Part shown: one piece after another, positions 1 through 10,502 of the stretch
Numbering within the stretch: the first letter of the stretch is position 1
Layout of the letters: every line of letters begins with the position of its first letter
From: Escherichia coli
GTDB lineage: Bacteria > Pseudomonadota > Gammaproteobacteria > Enterobacterales > Enterobacteriaceae
Strand: one strand, 5' to 3'
Assembly: GCF_051903065.1 (NCBI RefSeq)
Contig: NZ_CP178438.1
Length of the DNA: 64,000 nt
Notes under the pieces: generated by a model
What the model was told of the DNA's origin: nothing
Databases searched by the model: none
What the model saw: only the letters and a program-made list of their open reading frames with translations
Translations under genes and position numbers: made by a program

Positions 1-660
1 CACCGGATTGTTTTTACGGCGGCGGCAGAGAATGTCGATCATCAGGTCGATTTCGTGGTCGCGGCACAGTACCGGGTCAAGTTTTCCGTTACGGGCGTCT
101 GCGGTCATGTTTTTGGCGTAGCGGGCCAGCAGGGTGTCGCTGGTTTCCGTTGCGCGGGGCGTTTGCCCGCCAGCCAGATCCACGGATTCGGCGGATTCTT
201 TTGTCCATGCGGCGAAATCCTGCTGTAACTGGTCGCGGTTTATGGCCGTCAGCAGACGGGCAGCAGCGGGTGGAATATAGCGCAGCGGTGAATGCAACAG
301 AGTAAGCAGCAGGACGCCGCTGCGCAGTTCGCTGTGCTGCATCTGGGCTGAGGCCAGCAGCCATGACTCCTTGAGCCATTCGATCAGCATCGGGGAGAAG
401 CTGGGATAGCCATCGGCGGAACGTCCGCCGGGATAACTCTCCACGGTCAGCGCCTGGCGTAAATCCTCCGCACTGATGCCTGTGCGTTCGGCAATCACCC
501 TTACGTCGTTGCGCGGGATTGCCAGCATCTGTAACAGCACATGGGCAACGGTGATCTCACTGGCCTGCTGGCTCATACACTCCGAGGCAGCCACTTCCAG
601 CGCCTGTTTTGCAAAGGGGTTAAGCCGCTTTACCAGCGTGGCTAAATCAATCTGGATCAT
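1..660 (-). CDS. tssH: T6SS AAA+ ATPase ClpV/TssH, N-terminal ~220 codons only (gene continues past window start)
   Basis: Minus-strand frame open to the window edge, ATG at 660-658. Translation [32 protein letters not shown]...[23 protein letters not shown] matches the ClpV N-domain. Absent from the ORF track because there is no stop inside the window. Confidence 0.85.
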   Translation of the reverse strand, partial: MIQIDLATLVKRLNPFAKQALEVAASECMSQQASEITVAHVLLQMLAIPRNDVRVIAERTGISAEDLRQALTVESYPGGRSADGYPSFSPMLIEWLKESWLLASAQMQHSELRSGVLLLTLLHSPLRYIPPAAARLLTAINRDQLQQDFAAWTKESAESVDLAGGQTPRATETSDTLLARYAKNMTADARNGKLDPVLCRDHEIDLMIDILCRRRKNNPV

Positions 661-669
661 AAGATGTCC

Positions 670-1443
670 TTATCGGAGTAATTTATTGAGCTGATGCAGA
701 ATATCCTGTGTCTGGCTGTCCAGACGCAGCAGATAAAACAGATAAAATACGGCCAGCACAACAAGACCTCCGCACATTACATGCCTGATGGTCAGCCGCC
801 GGATTAACTGATAACGCCCACCCTGTATGTTGTTCTTCTGGTGAAGCAGCGGAAATGGCGCATCGCCGCGCAGTTTGTGCAGGGCATGGTGCAGGCGCTG
901 GTAGATCCGCTCAAATTCATCCTGTTGCTGAATGGCAACCTTGTAGCGCCCGCGAAAGCCGAGCGAAAAACAAAGGTATAAAAATTCCAGCAGATCCTGG
1001 TAACGTACCGGCTCCCGGATAAGGCGTTCGAGCAGGATAAACACTTTCTCGCCGCCCCAGGCTTCGTTATGAAAATGAACCAGCAGCGACTGTTTGATCC
1101 ATTCGTTTTTGTTGGACCAGCCGTTGCCCAGCGCCGCTTCATCAATAAACGTGCAGAGAATGTAACGGAACGAAACAATGACGCCCGGTTCGTATCCCTG
1201 TTCCTGGAGTAGTTGTTCTACGGCCTGGACATCGGTTACCACCTGGGCAAACAGATGTTCTGGCATGGCCTGGCTGTTCATGGTGGACAGACGCATCACC
1301 ATGCCGAGCAACGGCGTGGCGGCGTCAATCATTGGGTTCAGGCTGTTGCCGCGAAGGGCGAGACGGTACTGACGTCCTGATGTTCCGCTCTCCGGCTCCA
1401 TGGGAAAAACCGACGGTTCACCCATACCGCTGATATCGCTCAT
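670..1443 (-). CDS. tssL: T6SS membrane protein TssL (DotU/IcmH family)
   Basis: 257-aa ORF with a C-terminal hydrophobic helix (LVVLAVFYLFYLL) and DotU-like N-domain; sits in a T6SS gene string. Confidence 0.85.
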   Translation of the reverse strand: MSDISGMGEPSVFPMEPESGTSGRQYRLALRGNSLNPMIDAATPLLGMVMRLSTMNSQAMPEHLFAQVVTDVQAVEQLLQEQGYEPGVIVSFRYILCTFIDEAALGNGWSNKNEWIKQSLLVHFHNEAWGGEKVFILLERLIREPVRYQDLLEFLYLCFSLGFRGRYKVAIQQQDEFERIYQRLHHALHKLRGDAPFPLLHQKNNIQGGRYQLIRRLTIRHVMCGGLVVLAVFYLFYLLRLDSQTQDILHQLNKLLR

Positions 1444-1447
1444 TCAC

Positions 1448-2794
1448 TTATCCCCTTATCGCCCAGAGCTGAAGGTTCAGATCGGGGAAGGTGCCGGAGA
1501 TATGCAGCGCCAGCGCGCCCGCTTTTATCACGTCCTGCCAGGCTGGGGTGCCTTTTTCCAGTTCGAAGTAAACATAACCTTCATGCCAGGGCAACTGACG
1601 CGGCGCAGCGGTAAGCGTGTGCAGCGGAATACCCGGCACCTGCACGCTGACCACGCTGCGGATTTTGTCGGTAGCGGCCACTTTCGACTGCTGGATGAAC
1701 TGGCGTTGTACCTGGTCGTAGGGCATCCTGGCGCGCACTGCCAGTACCAGCTTGCAGGACTGCAACAGTGTGGGATCGTTGATGGTGGCGATCCAGGTCC
1801 CCTCTGAAAAGAACAGCGGCAGATTCTGCGCACGCGGCACCAGTACGGTATTGAGCGCGCGCCGCAGTTCCGGGATCACGGTTCTGGTGAAGGTCGCGGT
1901 AAGATCCCTGTGATTATATGGCTCCACGGTGCAGGGCAGGCGATTACCTTCGGTAAAGGTCATCAGTTCTCCCAGCAGCCCCACCAGATCCCGGTAGAAG
2001 GCTTCCGGATGCAGCGTGTGCAGTTGGGAACGATGCGTGAACTGCATTTGATGGCGGTTAAGCATCTGCAACATCATAAATTCGGCTACATCGGCGATCC
2101 CGCTCTGTTCAGGCGAACCAATGCGCCCGGCCAGGTCAGCGGCGCGGGTGGCAAGCAGTCCCTGCACCTCGCCGGAGAATGCCCCGAGCAACCCGCTGAC
2201 ACGGACGGCCTGAATGGTGGGAATAAAGGTGTTGTCCAGCACCAGCGCGCCGGTGGCATTTTTATTGAGGATAAGGCACAGGGGGAGAGTCACCATCGCG
2301 CTGAGATCATCTGCGCCGCTGACTATCCTGGGGATCAACTGTCCCAGACCGACTGGCTGTTCGTCGCCTTCGTCAGTGTGAAAATCACGGACGCGGGTAT
2401 GGGTGAGGCGGTAACGCTCCGTACCCTGACCGGCGCTGTGCAACCCCTGGATTTCATTGATCACGTCGCTTATCACCGGCAGCGCCAGATAAATACTGTG
2501 GCTCTCTTTCGATGAAAGGGTTCCCGGCTGGAAAGGTTCCGGCAGCAGATCTTGGTCGGGAATACTGAATACGGTGCCGTCAGGCATGCAGCCCGCCGCA
2601 CGGTCAATCATAATTTTGCCCTGAGCAAGCAGTTCGGTATTGATGGAGAGTTCCGTAAAGCCCCAGAAAAAATCACCCAGTGCATCCAGACGACGGGTCA
2701 GCAGGTACTCGCAGTGACGCTGCTGTTGCTGAAAATGCTGCGGCAGGGCAAACAGCCCTTCCTGCCAGATCACCTTGTTTTTCATTGTTGCCAT
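1448..2794 (-). CDS. tssK: T6SS baseplate protein TssK
   Basis: 448 aa; N-terminus MATMKNKVIWQEGLFALPQHFQQQ is the typical TssK start; synteny. Confidence 0.9.
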   Translation of the reverse strand: MATMKNKVIWQEGLFALPQHFQQQQRHCEYLLTRRLDALGDFFWGFTELSINTELLAQGKIMIDRAAGCMPDGTVFSIPDQDLLPEPFQPGTLSSKESHSIYLALPVISDVINEIQGLHSAGQGTERYRLTHTRVRDFHTDEGDEQPVGLGQLIPRIVSGADDLSAMVTLPLCLILNKNATGALVLDNTFIPTIQAVRVSGLLGAFSGEVQGLLATRAADLAGRIGSPEQSGIADVAEFMMLQMLNRHQMQFTHRSQLHTLHPEAFYRDLVGLLGELMTFTEGNRLPCTVEPYNHRDLTATFTRTVIPELRRALNTVLVPRAQNLPLFFSEGTWIATINDPTLLQSCKLVLAVRARMPYDQVQRQFIQQSKVAATDKIRSVVSVQVPGIPLHTLTAAPRQLPWHEGYVYFELEKGTPAWQDVIKAGALALHISGTFPDLNLQLWAIRG

Positions 2795-2796
2795 CG

Positions 2797-3321
2797 TCAG
2801 TTTTCCTCTTTTTTCATCTCAATCGCACTGGCGCGGATGTGCACCAGCAGGCGATAGTGGTGGCCGATACTTTCTACCGGCTCAATTTGTTTCCATTCTG
2901 TGGACTGGTCGTCTGAAAAATAGGCAATGACGCCGATATAACCGGTTTTCTCATCCAGCTTGATCGGCGGCAGTGTTTTTACGGTATCCGGCAACAGGTT
3001 GAAGTCCTGGTGATCGATATAGTTTTTCCCTAGCACGTCGGGCAGCGCGGTGGTGGCAACCTGGTCGTAGTCGGCGGCCTGGAATTTGGAGTCGTCGCTC
3101 AGATAAATCAGCTGGACATCCACCGGCGCGGCTTCGCCGTCCGCCGTCAGGTTGCTGTCCGGCTCGGTCAGCAGCGTGACGGTTAGCTCGGTTGACTGAT
3201 CCATCAGCTTTCCGACCTGAATATCCGGATTGCGGATCACCTGGCTGATTTTTTTCGCTGTTTCACAGCCAGTTAATACGACGCTCATCAGAACGCAGGC
3301 CAGAAACGCTTTGCCGTTCAT
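2797..3321 (-). CDS. tssJ: T6SS outer-membrane lipoprotein TssJ
   Basis: 174 aa; signal peptide with lipobox LTGC; 1-bp spacing to tssK. Confidence 0.85.
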   Translation of the reverse strand: MNGKAFLACVLMSVVLTGCETAKKISQVIRNPDIQVGKLMDQSTELTVTLLTEPDSNLTADGEAAPVDVQLIYLSDDSKFQAADYDQVATTALPDVLGKNYIDHQDFNLLPDTVKTLPPIKLDEKTGYIGVIAYFSDDQSTEWKQIEPVESIGHHYRLLVHIRASAIEMKKEEN

Positions 3322-4610
3322 GCTTCCGGCTCCCGCTGTTTTTCTCGCAGCACCCGGTCATAGACCTGGGCATAAACTTCATTGAACAGCATTTCAAATC
3401 CTTGCTGTCGGCTGGAGGCCAGCTCATCGTAATAGTTGCTGTACATCTGCCATGCCCAGGCGTCGTCCATTTTCTGGCGCAGTTCATGGCTGCGGCGGTA
3501 TTGCGCAAAGCGGCGCATCAGGTTGCCCGGCGAGAAGGCCTCCAGCATGACACGCAACGCTTCCACAATCGCCGCCCGGTTAGCCTCTTCATGATGCCGG
3601 ATGTTGCGCAGGCTTTCGCCGATGGCCGCGGGTGCTGCGAGATGTACCGGACTTTTACCCTCAGCGAACATGACGTTCAGCGCAGTGGCGTAGTCCATAT
3701 CAAGGCGAAGCGGGTTGTCTTCCAGTGGACGCAGGTGTTTATCCGACAGGCTGTTCTGTTGTTGTTGCAGGCTCAGCAATCCCTTAATGGCAGCCTGCAA
3801 CGCCCGTCCGGCCTCTTCGAGAAACTCATCCGCATCCTGAGAATCGTGCAGCGTCAGCGGGCACTCCATACCGCGCAGCAGCGGGGTCACGGCCAGGTGG
3901 TACTGCGCCATGGCAGAAAATTCATCGTCGTCCTCATAACGGGCATTGCCGGGCGGCAGATCCATAAACGGCGTATTGATCCCGTTTGCACCTGTCAGTT
4001 CGGAGGCGAGGGCGACGGGCCGGGAAACGCGTGGTGCGATCGGATCATCTGCCACCATCAGGCTTTCCGTCTGGAGTGCCTGGAGCGGATCGCTGGAAAA
4101 ACCGTGCGCCACCGTGGGGGCAAGCTGATGCTGGAACGGCATTCCCGGATAGGACGGTTGTCCCTCGGTGGTCAGCAGGGTGTCCGCCAGACTGTCGCGG
4201 TTCATCACAATCGTTTCCGGGGTTGCCATCCGCTCGTCGTAGGTGACAGCCGCGCCGTCATGCAGAAACGCTTTCAACGCCAGTGCACCGAGCTGGATCT
4301 CATCCCCTTGGCGCAGGCGGATGAGCGCACCGGAAGAAACCGGGGCCAGATTAATCATCAGTCCCGGCGTCAGGCACCGCAGGCAATAGGCTCCGTCGTG
4401 CCGGATAACGGTACAGGCACGCGCAGCAATGCTTCCCGCCCGATCCTGTACCTGCCAGTGACATTCCGGCGTATGACCAATATCACCGCCGTTTTCGCTG
4501 AACAGGCATTTTGCGGCGCGTCCGCTTTCCAGTTCGTTGCCATTCATCACCTGTAAAGTCAGTGAGGCCTGGCGGGATTGCTGTTTTTCCTCAGCCATAA
4601 GTGGTTCCAT
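3318..4610 (-). CDS. tagH: T6SS-associated FHA-domain protein (TagH-like)
   Basis: Start moved to the internal ATG at 4610 (MEPLMAEEKQQ...), which follows the tssG stop; FHA-like N-domain (GHTPECHW...IRHDGAYCLRCLTPGLMINL). Confidence 0.75.
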   Translation of the reverse strand: MEPLMAEEKQQSRQASLTLQVMNGNELESGRAAKCLFSENGGDIGHTPECHWQVQDRAGSIAARACTVIRHDGAYCLRCLTPGLMINLAPVSSGALIRLRQGDEIQLGALALKAFLHDGAAVTYDERMATPETIVMNRDSLADTLLTTEGQPSYPGMPFQHQLAPTVAHGFSSDPLQALQTESLMVADDPIAPRVSRPVALASELTGANGINTPFMDLPPGNARYEDDDEFSAMAQYHLAVTPLLRGMECPLTLHDSQDADEFLEEAGRALQAAIKGLLSLQQQQNSLSDKHLRPLEDNPLRLDMDYATALNVMFAEGKSPVHLAAPAAIGESLRNIRHHEEANRAAIVEALRVMLEAFSPGNLMRRFAQYRRSHELRQKMDDAWAWQMYSNYYDELASSRQQGFEMLFNEVYAQVYDRVLREKQREPEA

Positions 4611-4614
4611 AGAA

Positions 4615-5664
4615 TTATTCCCTGATTCGGATGGTGATGGCGGGCGGTACTTTCGGCTGACCAATAAAGCTGGTTCTGCCGAGGCGGGAGCTGGCCGGAT
4701 CGCCAAGGCGCATCCCTTTAGCCTGCTGTGGTGCCAGGCACAGCCGTAAATCCCAGGCAAACTGGTCGCGCAGAATAAAGGAAAGGAACATGGTCAGCGG
4801 CAGGTGATTTTCGCCATCGGGTAAAAATGAGAGATAACGCTCCCGCGACAGGTTGCCAATCTGCAACAGAAATTTTCCGCTGCGATCCGGCACCCGTGCG
4901 CCGAGCGTAAAATTAACGCCAAGTATGGAGCGTCCGGGAATATGTCCAGCCGTTTTTCCTTTCGGATTACGTACACCCAGCCGGTTCTGGTGTGCCGAAT
5001 CAATGGCGACTTTACGTAGTTGCCAGCGTTCAATGGTGACATCCGGCAAATCAAAACAGTGCGACACCAGATTACAGATAACCTCCGGCGCGCGGCCTGG
5101 TGTTGCCAGAATTCCGGCGTAAGCCAGCATTTTGCTGTGGTTAATGGCAAGCCTGTCACGCACGCTCTGATTACCCAGCCCGACCAGCGCGTACATGCGC
5201 TGTGAAAAGGTGTCAGTGCCGCCATTACGAAAGCAGATGTAGTAGCGGTATTTGCGCCAGGCATGATAGGCAAACTGTGTCCAGCGGTGGCTGAACAGAT
5301 CGAGAAATTCTTTAAGGCCGTCTTCGTTCTGTGCGGACTCCTGCGCCATCTGATCCAGATAATAGCCCGGTAGCGGCGACTGGCTGCCGGAAAAGCCCAG
5401 GAAACGGGTTTGCAGTACATACTGTCCGTTCTGGCTACGGGAAAGCACACTCAGGTCCGTACCCGGAAAACCGATATTGGCGTCAGAGCTGAAACGCACG
5501 ATCTCTTGGGCTGGCTCGGTACGCAGGGAAATATCCTGGCCCGGAGCGCCATACCGACGGTACAGCGCCTCCATCAGCACATAGAAATTGCAGTTGCGCA
5601 CATCCGCCGATAACGGCGGTTTTACCGCTATATAAGGGCGTGCTGACCCATTTTCTCCTGCCAT
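4615..5664 (-). CDS. tssG: T6SS baseplate protein TssG
   Basis: 349-aa ORF, TssG/ImpH-like; overlaps the tssF 3' end as is typical. Confidence 0.85.
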   Translation of the reverse strand: MAGENGSARPYIAVKPPLSADVRNCNFYVLMEALYRRYGAPGQDISLRTEPAQEIVRFSSDANIGFPGTDLSVLSRSQNGQYVLQTRFLGFSGSQSPLPGYYLDQMAQESAQNEDGLKEFLDLFSHRWTQFAYHAWRKYRYYICFRNGGTDTFSQRMYALVGLGNQSVRDRLAINHSKMLAYAGILATPGRAPEVICNLVSHCFDLPDVTIERWQLRKVAIDSAHQNRLGVRNPKGKTAGHIPGRSILGVNFTLGARVPDRSGKFLLQIGNLSRERYLSFLPDGENHLPLTMFLSFILRDQFAWDLRLCLAPQQAKGMRLGDPASSRLGRTSFIGQPKVPPAITIRIRE

Positions 5665-7487
5665 TCCCAGGCCTCCTGACTTTCCGTGTTGATGATTTTC
5701 AGACAGTGGTACGAATTGATGCTGGCGTAGAGAGCAAAAAAGTGCGAGAGCACTGTACCAAGAAGATAAATTTCACCTTCGCAGATAAATGGATCGGGAC
5801 GTATCCACAACGTGGTCGCCAGCCCGCGAACCGGCACGCCTTTAAACAACCTGTCAACAGGTTTGGTTTCGAGTTTTTCTATGGCATCCAGTTTCTGGCG
5901 CGACAGTCTGGCCCGCTGCGGATGGTGAGCGCCTGGCAGGTCGAAGGTCCGCAGGATCTGGATCAGTGTCTCCCTGTCCAGCAGGGAGAGGTAGTTCAGG
6001 TTCATCGCGGAAATCAGCGACCAGTGCATGTCGCCGTCCGTGACTGGCCAGAGCGGCTGCGTTGGGCGTGTGACATTATGAAATGAGGCCACCGCCGGGT
6101 TTTTGTTGACGGCCACGCAGATATCGCCGATATGCAGCCGAGCAGGGATCATACGGTTGGTACAGATTAATGACGTGGTGATCACATCATCATTAAACCG
6201 TGAGCTGTCCGGAATGCTGCCGTCCGCATGGACAAAGGCGATACTATGTTCAAGCCCGCGGTGAAACAGGGATGTTTTAGTCCGGTGATGCCAGTAAACG
6301 ACTTCCCGCTGGCGGCTGTACTCCATCTGGTGCTGGAAGCTTTCAAATTCGGGCCAGACACGCGCCTGGCTGCCAGGGTTGGATTCAGTACCTGAAACTT
6401 TGACTTTGCTGGTGACTGTGCTTATCTGAAAAATGTCATAAGCGTCGGGATGCCGGTGGCTGGCGCGCAGCGGGTATTCCGCTATCCGTCCATCAGGCCT
6501 GACGGGTTCCGCATAATGCGTAAACAGGTTAATGGCTGGCGTACAGTGCAGACGCAGTGAGTCCTGGCGTAGCTTGATGTCGGCAGGTAACGGGCGGTTA
6601 AAGTGCAGGCGCAGCGTAAACGCGCTGACCGGGAAATCGTCCGGTAGTGGCGCAACATCGCGCAGATGGAAAAAAAAGAAGGCTTCGGGATAGCAGAAAT
6701 ACTCCTGGAGTACCCGATAGCCGCTGTGGACATTTTTCGGCCACGGTAGCAGGGCGTCCTGGTTTTCAAATCCGGCGGCCTCCAGCCACAGATCCGGCAG
6801 CGGCAGGCGGTACTCTCCGGCAATCAGTTCCGCATCCATCAGGCATTCGCAAAACCACAGATAAAGCTGGTGTCGGGTATAATCGTCTTCATTACCCAGC
6901 CAGAACGTTATTTTGTTCAGGTCAAGCATGGCGGGGGAGACATTGTTATCTGCGGTAAAACTGATATCTATGATGCCTTCTTTCAGGCTGCTGGCGTTGC
7001 GGGTGTCGAGAATGCGCAGTGGTTGCAGCCAGATATCGCGCGCCAGCGTGAAATGACAGGCTACGGAAGAAACGATTTTATCATGATTGTCAGACAGCAC
7101 CTTCTGAGCAGCCAGGGCGGACTTTTCTGAGCGGCTTCTGATCAGTTCATTACGACAGACCTGAACAGGGACTTTTAACTGATCGGTTTTGGGTTCATAG
7201 GCAATAACCGTCATGGCCGGAACCGGGCGTAAATAGTTTGCCCACAGCATACGGATTAGCCCATGAGTGAATTCGGGGAATTCGTCCTCAAGTTTCTGGC
7301 GCAGGCTACCGGACATAAAGGCAAAGGCTTCCATCAGTCGCTCCACGTCCGGATCACCCTCTTTCTCGGCCAGAAAGTGGGCCAGATGTGGTTTTTCCTG
7401 CGCCAGCAGTTTGCCAAGCTGGCGAAGATAATCCAGCTCTTCGCGGTAGTAACGTTCTTCAAAAGCCACAGAGATCACTCCACACAA
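5628..7487 (-). CDS. tssF: T6SS baseplate protein TssF
   Basis: 619-aa ORF; ...EERYYREELDYLRQLGKLLAQEKPHLAHFL is the TssF N-terminal signature. The track start is a TTG, so the exact start (7487 vs a few codons inside) is uncertain. Confidence 0.85.
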   Translation of the reverse strand: MCGVISVAFEERYYREELDYLRQLGKLLAQEKPHLAHFLAEKEGDPDVERLMEAFAFMSGSLRQKLEDEFPEFTHGLIRMLWANYLRPVPAMTVIAYEPKTDQLKVPVQVCRNELIRSRSEKSALAAQKVLSDNHDKIVSSVACHFTLARDIWLQPLRILDTRNASSLKEGIIDISFTADNNVSPAMLDLNKITFWLGNEDDYTRHQLYLWFCECLMDAELIAGEYRLPLPDLWLEAAGFENQDALLPWPKNVHSGYRVLQEYFCYPEAFFFFHLRDVAPLPDDFPVSAFTLRLHFNRPLPADIKLRQDSLRLHCTPAINLFTHYAEPVRPDGRIAEYPLRASHRHPDAYDIFQISTVTSKVKVSGTESNPGSQARVWPEFESFQHQMEYSRQREVVYWHHRTKTSLFHRGLEHSIAFVHADGSIPDSSRFNDDVITTSLICTNRMIPARLHIGDICVAVNKNPAVASFHNVTRPTQPLWPVTDGDMHWSLISAMNLNYLSLLDRETLIQILRTFDLPGAHHPQRARLSRQKLDAIEKLETKPVDRLFKGVPVRGLATTLWIRPDPFICEGEIYLLGTVLSHFFALYASINSYHCLKIINTESQEAWEWQEKMGQHALI

Positions 7488-7900
7488 TAGCGTTGATGGT
7501 TGTCCAGCAAAATGTCAAATTCAAACACTCCCCTGGTTTCGCTGACATCGACCGTAGCCACAATATGAAAACGCAGTTCCACAGGGGCGTATTCATCCGG
7601 TGCAGCAGCCGTAACAACAACATCGGTAATACGAGGTTCGTAATGTAAAATGCACTGGCTAATGGACTTACGGATTTCTCGTCTGAAATCGCTGGAGGCC
7701 AGCGATTCATCATTTAAATCAGTAATCCCCAGCTCTGGTGAGCCATAACAACTGCCGGAGCGGGTATTCAGGACCTGTTGCAGGTTACGTCTGATGGAAC
7801 GTATCAGTGCTTCTTTTGGATTCTGGTATGAAGGCGGGTTGGCCGCCTCACGGATACGTTCAAAAAGACTGCTGGTTGGCCCTGAATCCCGTCTTTGCAT
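7475..7900 (-). CDS. tssE: T6SS baseplate protein TssE (gp25-like)
   Basis: 141-aa ORF between tssC and tssF; size and position fit gp25-like TssE. Confidence 0.85.
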   Translation of the reverse strand: MQRRDSGPTSSLFERIREAANPPSYQNPKEALIRSIRRNLQQVLNTRSGSCYGSPELGITDLNDESLASSDFRREIRKSISQCILHYEPRITDVVVTAAAPDEYAPVELRFHIVATVDVSETRGVFEFDILLDNHQRYCVE

Positions 7901-7904
7901 CTGA

Positions 7905-9389
7905 TTATTCCTTATCCAGTCGTCCGACCAGACTCAGGTCGAAACTGGCACCCATGTATTTAAAATGCGGTCTGACAGAAATCGCGACCTGGTACCAGCC
8001 TGGCTCACCATCCACATCAAGTACCTCGATCTTCGCCTGACGTAATGGCCGGTGGCTGCGGACTTCGGCAGGCGGATTCTCCTGGTCGGCCACATACTGG
8101 CGAATCCAGGTGTTCAGCTCGCGCTCCAGGTCACTGCGTTCTTTCCATGAGCCAAGCTGTTCGCGCTGAATTACCTTGATGTAATGCGCTAACCTACTGA
8201 TAAAAAATAAGTATGGCAGCTGGGTGCCGAGTTTATAGTTGGTCTCCGCAGCCTTGCCTTCGGGGGTTTTGGGGAATGTTTTGGGTTTCTGCACCGAGTT
8301 GGCCGAGAAAAAGCACGCATTATCAGACCCTTTACGCATGGTCAGTGTGATAAAGCCTTCTTCCGCCAGCTCATACTCTCTCCGGTCAGTTACCAACACT
8401 TCAGTCGGAATTTTTGCCTGCATTTGCCCCATGGATTCATACAGATGCACCGGGAGGTCTTTGACTGCGCCGCCGCTGGAAGGGCCAATGATATTGGGAC
8501 ACCAGCGATATTTAGCAAAACTTTCAGCCAGGTTCGCAGCTAGTAAAAACGAGGTGTTCCCCCACAAATAAGACTCGTGACTCTGGCTGACGTCTTCATG
8601 GTAACGGAAGGTCCTGGCTGGGTTCTCATCCGGCGAGTAAGGGTGACGCAGCAGGAACCGGGGGGCGGTCAGCCCCAGGTAGCGTGAATCTTCTGATTCA
8701 CGCAAGGCACGCCAGCGGGAATAGGCCGGGCCTTCAAAGATGGCTCCTGGTTCTTTAATCCCCGGTAACTCTGTCCATGAGTCCAGACCGAAAAATTCGG
8801 ATGATACTGATGAGAGGAACGGGCTGTGCGCCATCGCACTGACCTGGCTGATATATTTCAGCAACTTCATATCCGGCGTGGTGTTCTTAAAGGCAAAGTT
8901 GCCGATTACCGCCGCCACTGGCTCACCGCCAAATTGTCCGTAACCGCTTGAATATACATGTTTGTAATATGCAGACTGCGTGATTTCAGGTGCAAATTCG
9001 AAATCATCCAGCAGTTCTTCCTGAGTGACATTCAGGAAATGGACCTTGATGTTTTCCCGTGTATCCGCGCGTTCAACCAGCAGCTTCAGCGAGCGCAGCA
9101 GGGATTCCAGTTCCTGAAACTCCGGGGCATGAATAATGGCATCCATCTGCCTGCTGGTTCGGGCATCAATATCAGCAATCATGGCGTCAACGGCCAGGAT
9201 ATTGATAGGTTCAGCGCTACTGTCACCCTGTAACATGGCGGCAATAAAGGCGCTCACGCCCTGGCGGGTGATATCGTAGCTTTCTGATTTAGGCTGGACG
9301 CGTGTTTGCGCCATGATTTCATCAAGCAGAGATGGGGGCGCGGCGGTTTGCGACGCGCTGACGGGAGCAATATCTTCCTTTACTGACAT
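7905..9389 (-). CDS. tssC: T6SS contractile sheath large subunit TssC
   Basis: 494 aa, VipB/TssC-like; immediately downstream of tssB. Confidence 0.9.
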   Translation of the reverse strand: MSVKEDIAPVSASQTAAPPSLLDEIMAQTRVQPKSESYDITRQGVSAFIAAMLQGDSSAEPINILAVDAMIADIDARTSRQMDAIIHAPEFQELESLLRSLKLLVERADTRENIKVHFLNVTQEELLDDFEFAPEITQSAYYKHVYSSGYGQFGGEPVAAVIGNFAFKNTTPDMKLLKYISQVSAMAHSPFLSSVSSEFFGLDSWTELPGIKEPGAIFEGPAYSRWRALRESEDSRYLGLTAPRFLLRHPYSPDENPARTFRYHEDVSQSHESYLWGNTSFLLAANLAESFAKYRWCPNIIGPSSGGAVKDLPVHLYESMGQMQAKIPTEVLVTDRREYELAEEGFITLTMRKGSDNACFFSANSVQKPKTFPKTPEGKAAETNYKLGTQLPYLFFISRLAHYIKVIQREQLGSWKERSDLERELNTWIRQYVADQENPPAEVRSHRPLRQAKIEVLDVDGEPGWYQVAISVRPHFKYMGASFDLSLVGRLDKE

Positions 9390-9411
9390 ACTGAAAATCC
9401 TTCTGTGAAAA

Positions 9412-9915
9412 TTATTTCTGAACGGCGATACCCAGTTCTTGGATCAGCTGCTCGCGGCTGTCTTCGTTTTCCAGTAGCGCCTGAAGTTGTGCGCGGAAGG
9501 CCGGAATATTGCCTAGTGGAGACTTAAGTGCGACCAGAGCTTCACGCAATTCGAGAAGACGTTTTATTTCTGGTACCTGGCTGGCAATATGGTCCGGAGA
9601 AAGGTCATCCATAGATTTGACTTTCAGGTTGACGTACATTTGCTCATTGGGAGCGTCACTGAGTTCAGCCGGAACAACAAACTCCCGTTCAATGTCAGCT
9701 TCTGAAATGACTGCGTTGAGGTTATAGCGGTTGATAGCAATGGCAGTTCGCTCGTCCAACGGCGTGTTATCTGGTTTCCCTTTCAGATTGCCGGTGATCA
9801 ATAAATTCAGCGGCAATTCGATATCAGCAGCCACCCCATCAACTTTTGGTGTATACCGAACGCTGATTCTTTCTTTCGGCGCGACACTGCCGCCATTGTT
9901 GTTCATTTTGCTCAT
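9412..9915 (-). CDS. tssB: T6SS contractile sheath small subunit TssB
   Basis: 167 aa, VipA/TssB-like (RISVRYTPKVDGVAADIELPLNLLITGNL...). Confidence 0.9.
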   Translation of the reverse strand: MSKMNNNGGSVAPKERISVRYTPKVDGVAADIELPLNLLITGNLKGKPDNTPLDERTAIAINRYNLNAVISEADIEREFVVPAELSDAPNEQMYVNLKVKSMDDLSPDHIASQVPEIKRLLELREALVALKSPLGNIPAFRAQLQALLENEDSREQLIQELGIAVQK

Positions 9916-10493
9916 AAAAATGTTCCCGTTCAGGCCATGAGCACAGCATTTTCGTACTGCATAAAAATACCGAAGATACCGTTTCAGTGGCAGTTAGATA
10001 ATGTAACCTTCCTTCTGTTGTGATCAGTATTCTACTCATGAAATAAAATATTAAAAGAACTATTTATATTTTAGAAAGAGATGTATTCTTCCTTGCTAAT
10101 ATATTATAGTGAAATAAATTTTGGTATTTATAGACTTGGTGAATATGATTTTACGGTCAATAAAATACCATAATATATTGATTTATATGCATTTATTAAA
10201 TTGATTAATAAGTTTTATGTATGGTTTTATCAATTAATTAATTGCTGGCAATACATCATAAGGAATTCCTTTAAGGAATGTCTTAATTGCGTGCTGGAAC
10301 GATGGCGGAGTAAGTGTCGTAATAATTTGTTTTTGACGCGGCTGTGGATTTTTATGGGGGGGGAAGATACGTTATGGATAATTGTGCTGTTGAAGTTGAT
10401 ATATTTTTAGCTTATGTGACCGTGTTCTGAAATTGACTAAAAATATATTTAAACACCATAAAAGAGTTTTTCAGTAGGTGCTAATTACGTGTG

Positions 10494-10502
10494 CCTGTAA
10501 CT
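10494..10502. repeat. 9-bp target-site duplication CCTGTAACT (left copy) of the IS903 insertion
   Basis: Identical 9-mer directly abuts both IS ends (10494-10502 and 11560-11568). Confidence 0.85.

Noticed and set aside
89-379. 96-aa minus-strand ORF in the ORF track
   Set aside because: Wrong frame inside the tssH (ClpV) coding region; the real gene is the edge-truncated frame ending at the ATG at 660.
3402-4556. 384-aa plus-strand ORF
   Set aside because: Antisense shadow ORF inside the FHA/tagH gene; Arg/Gln-rich low-complexity translation typical of GC-rich antisense frames.
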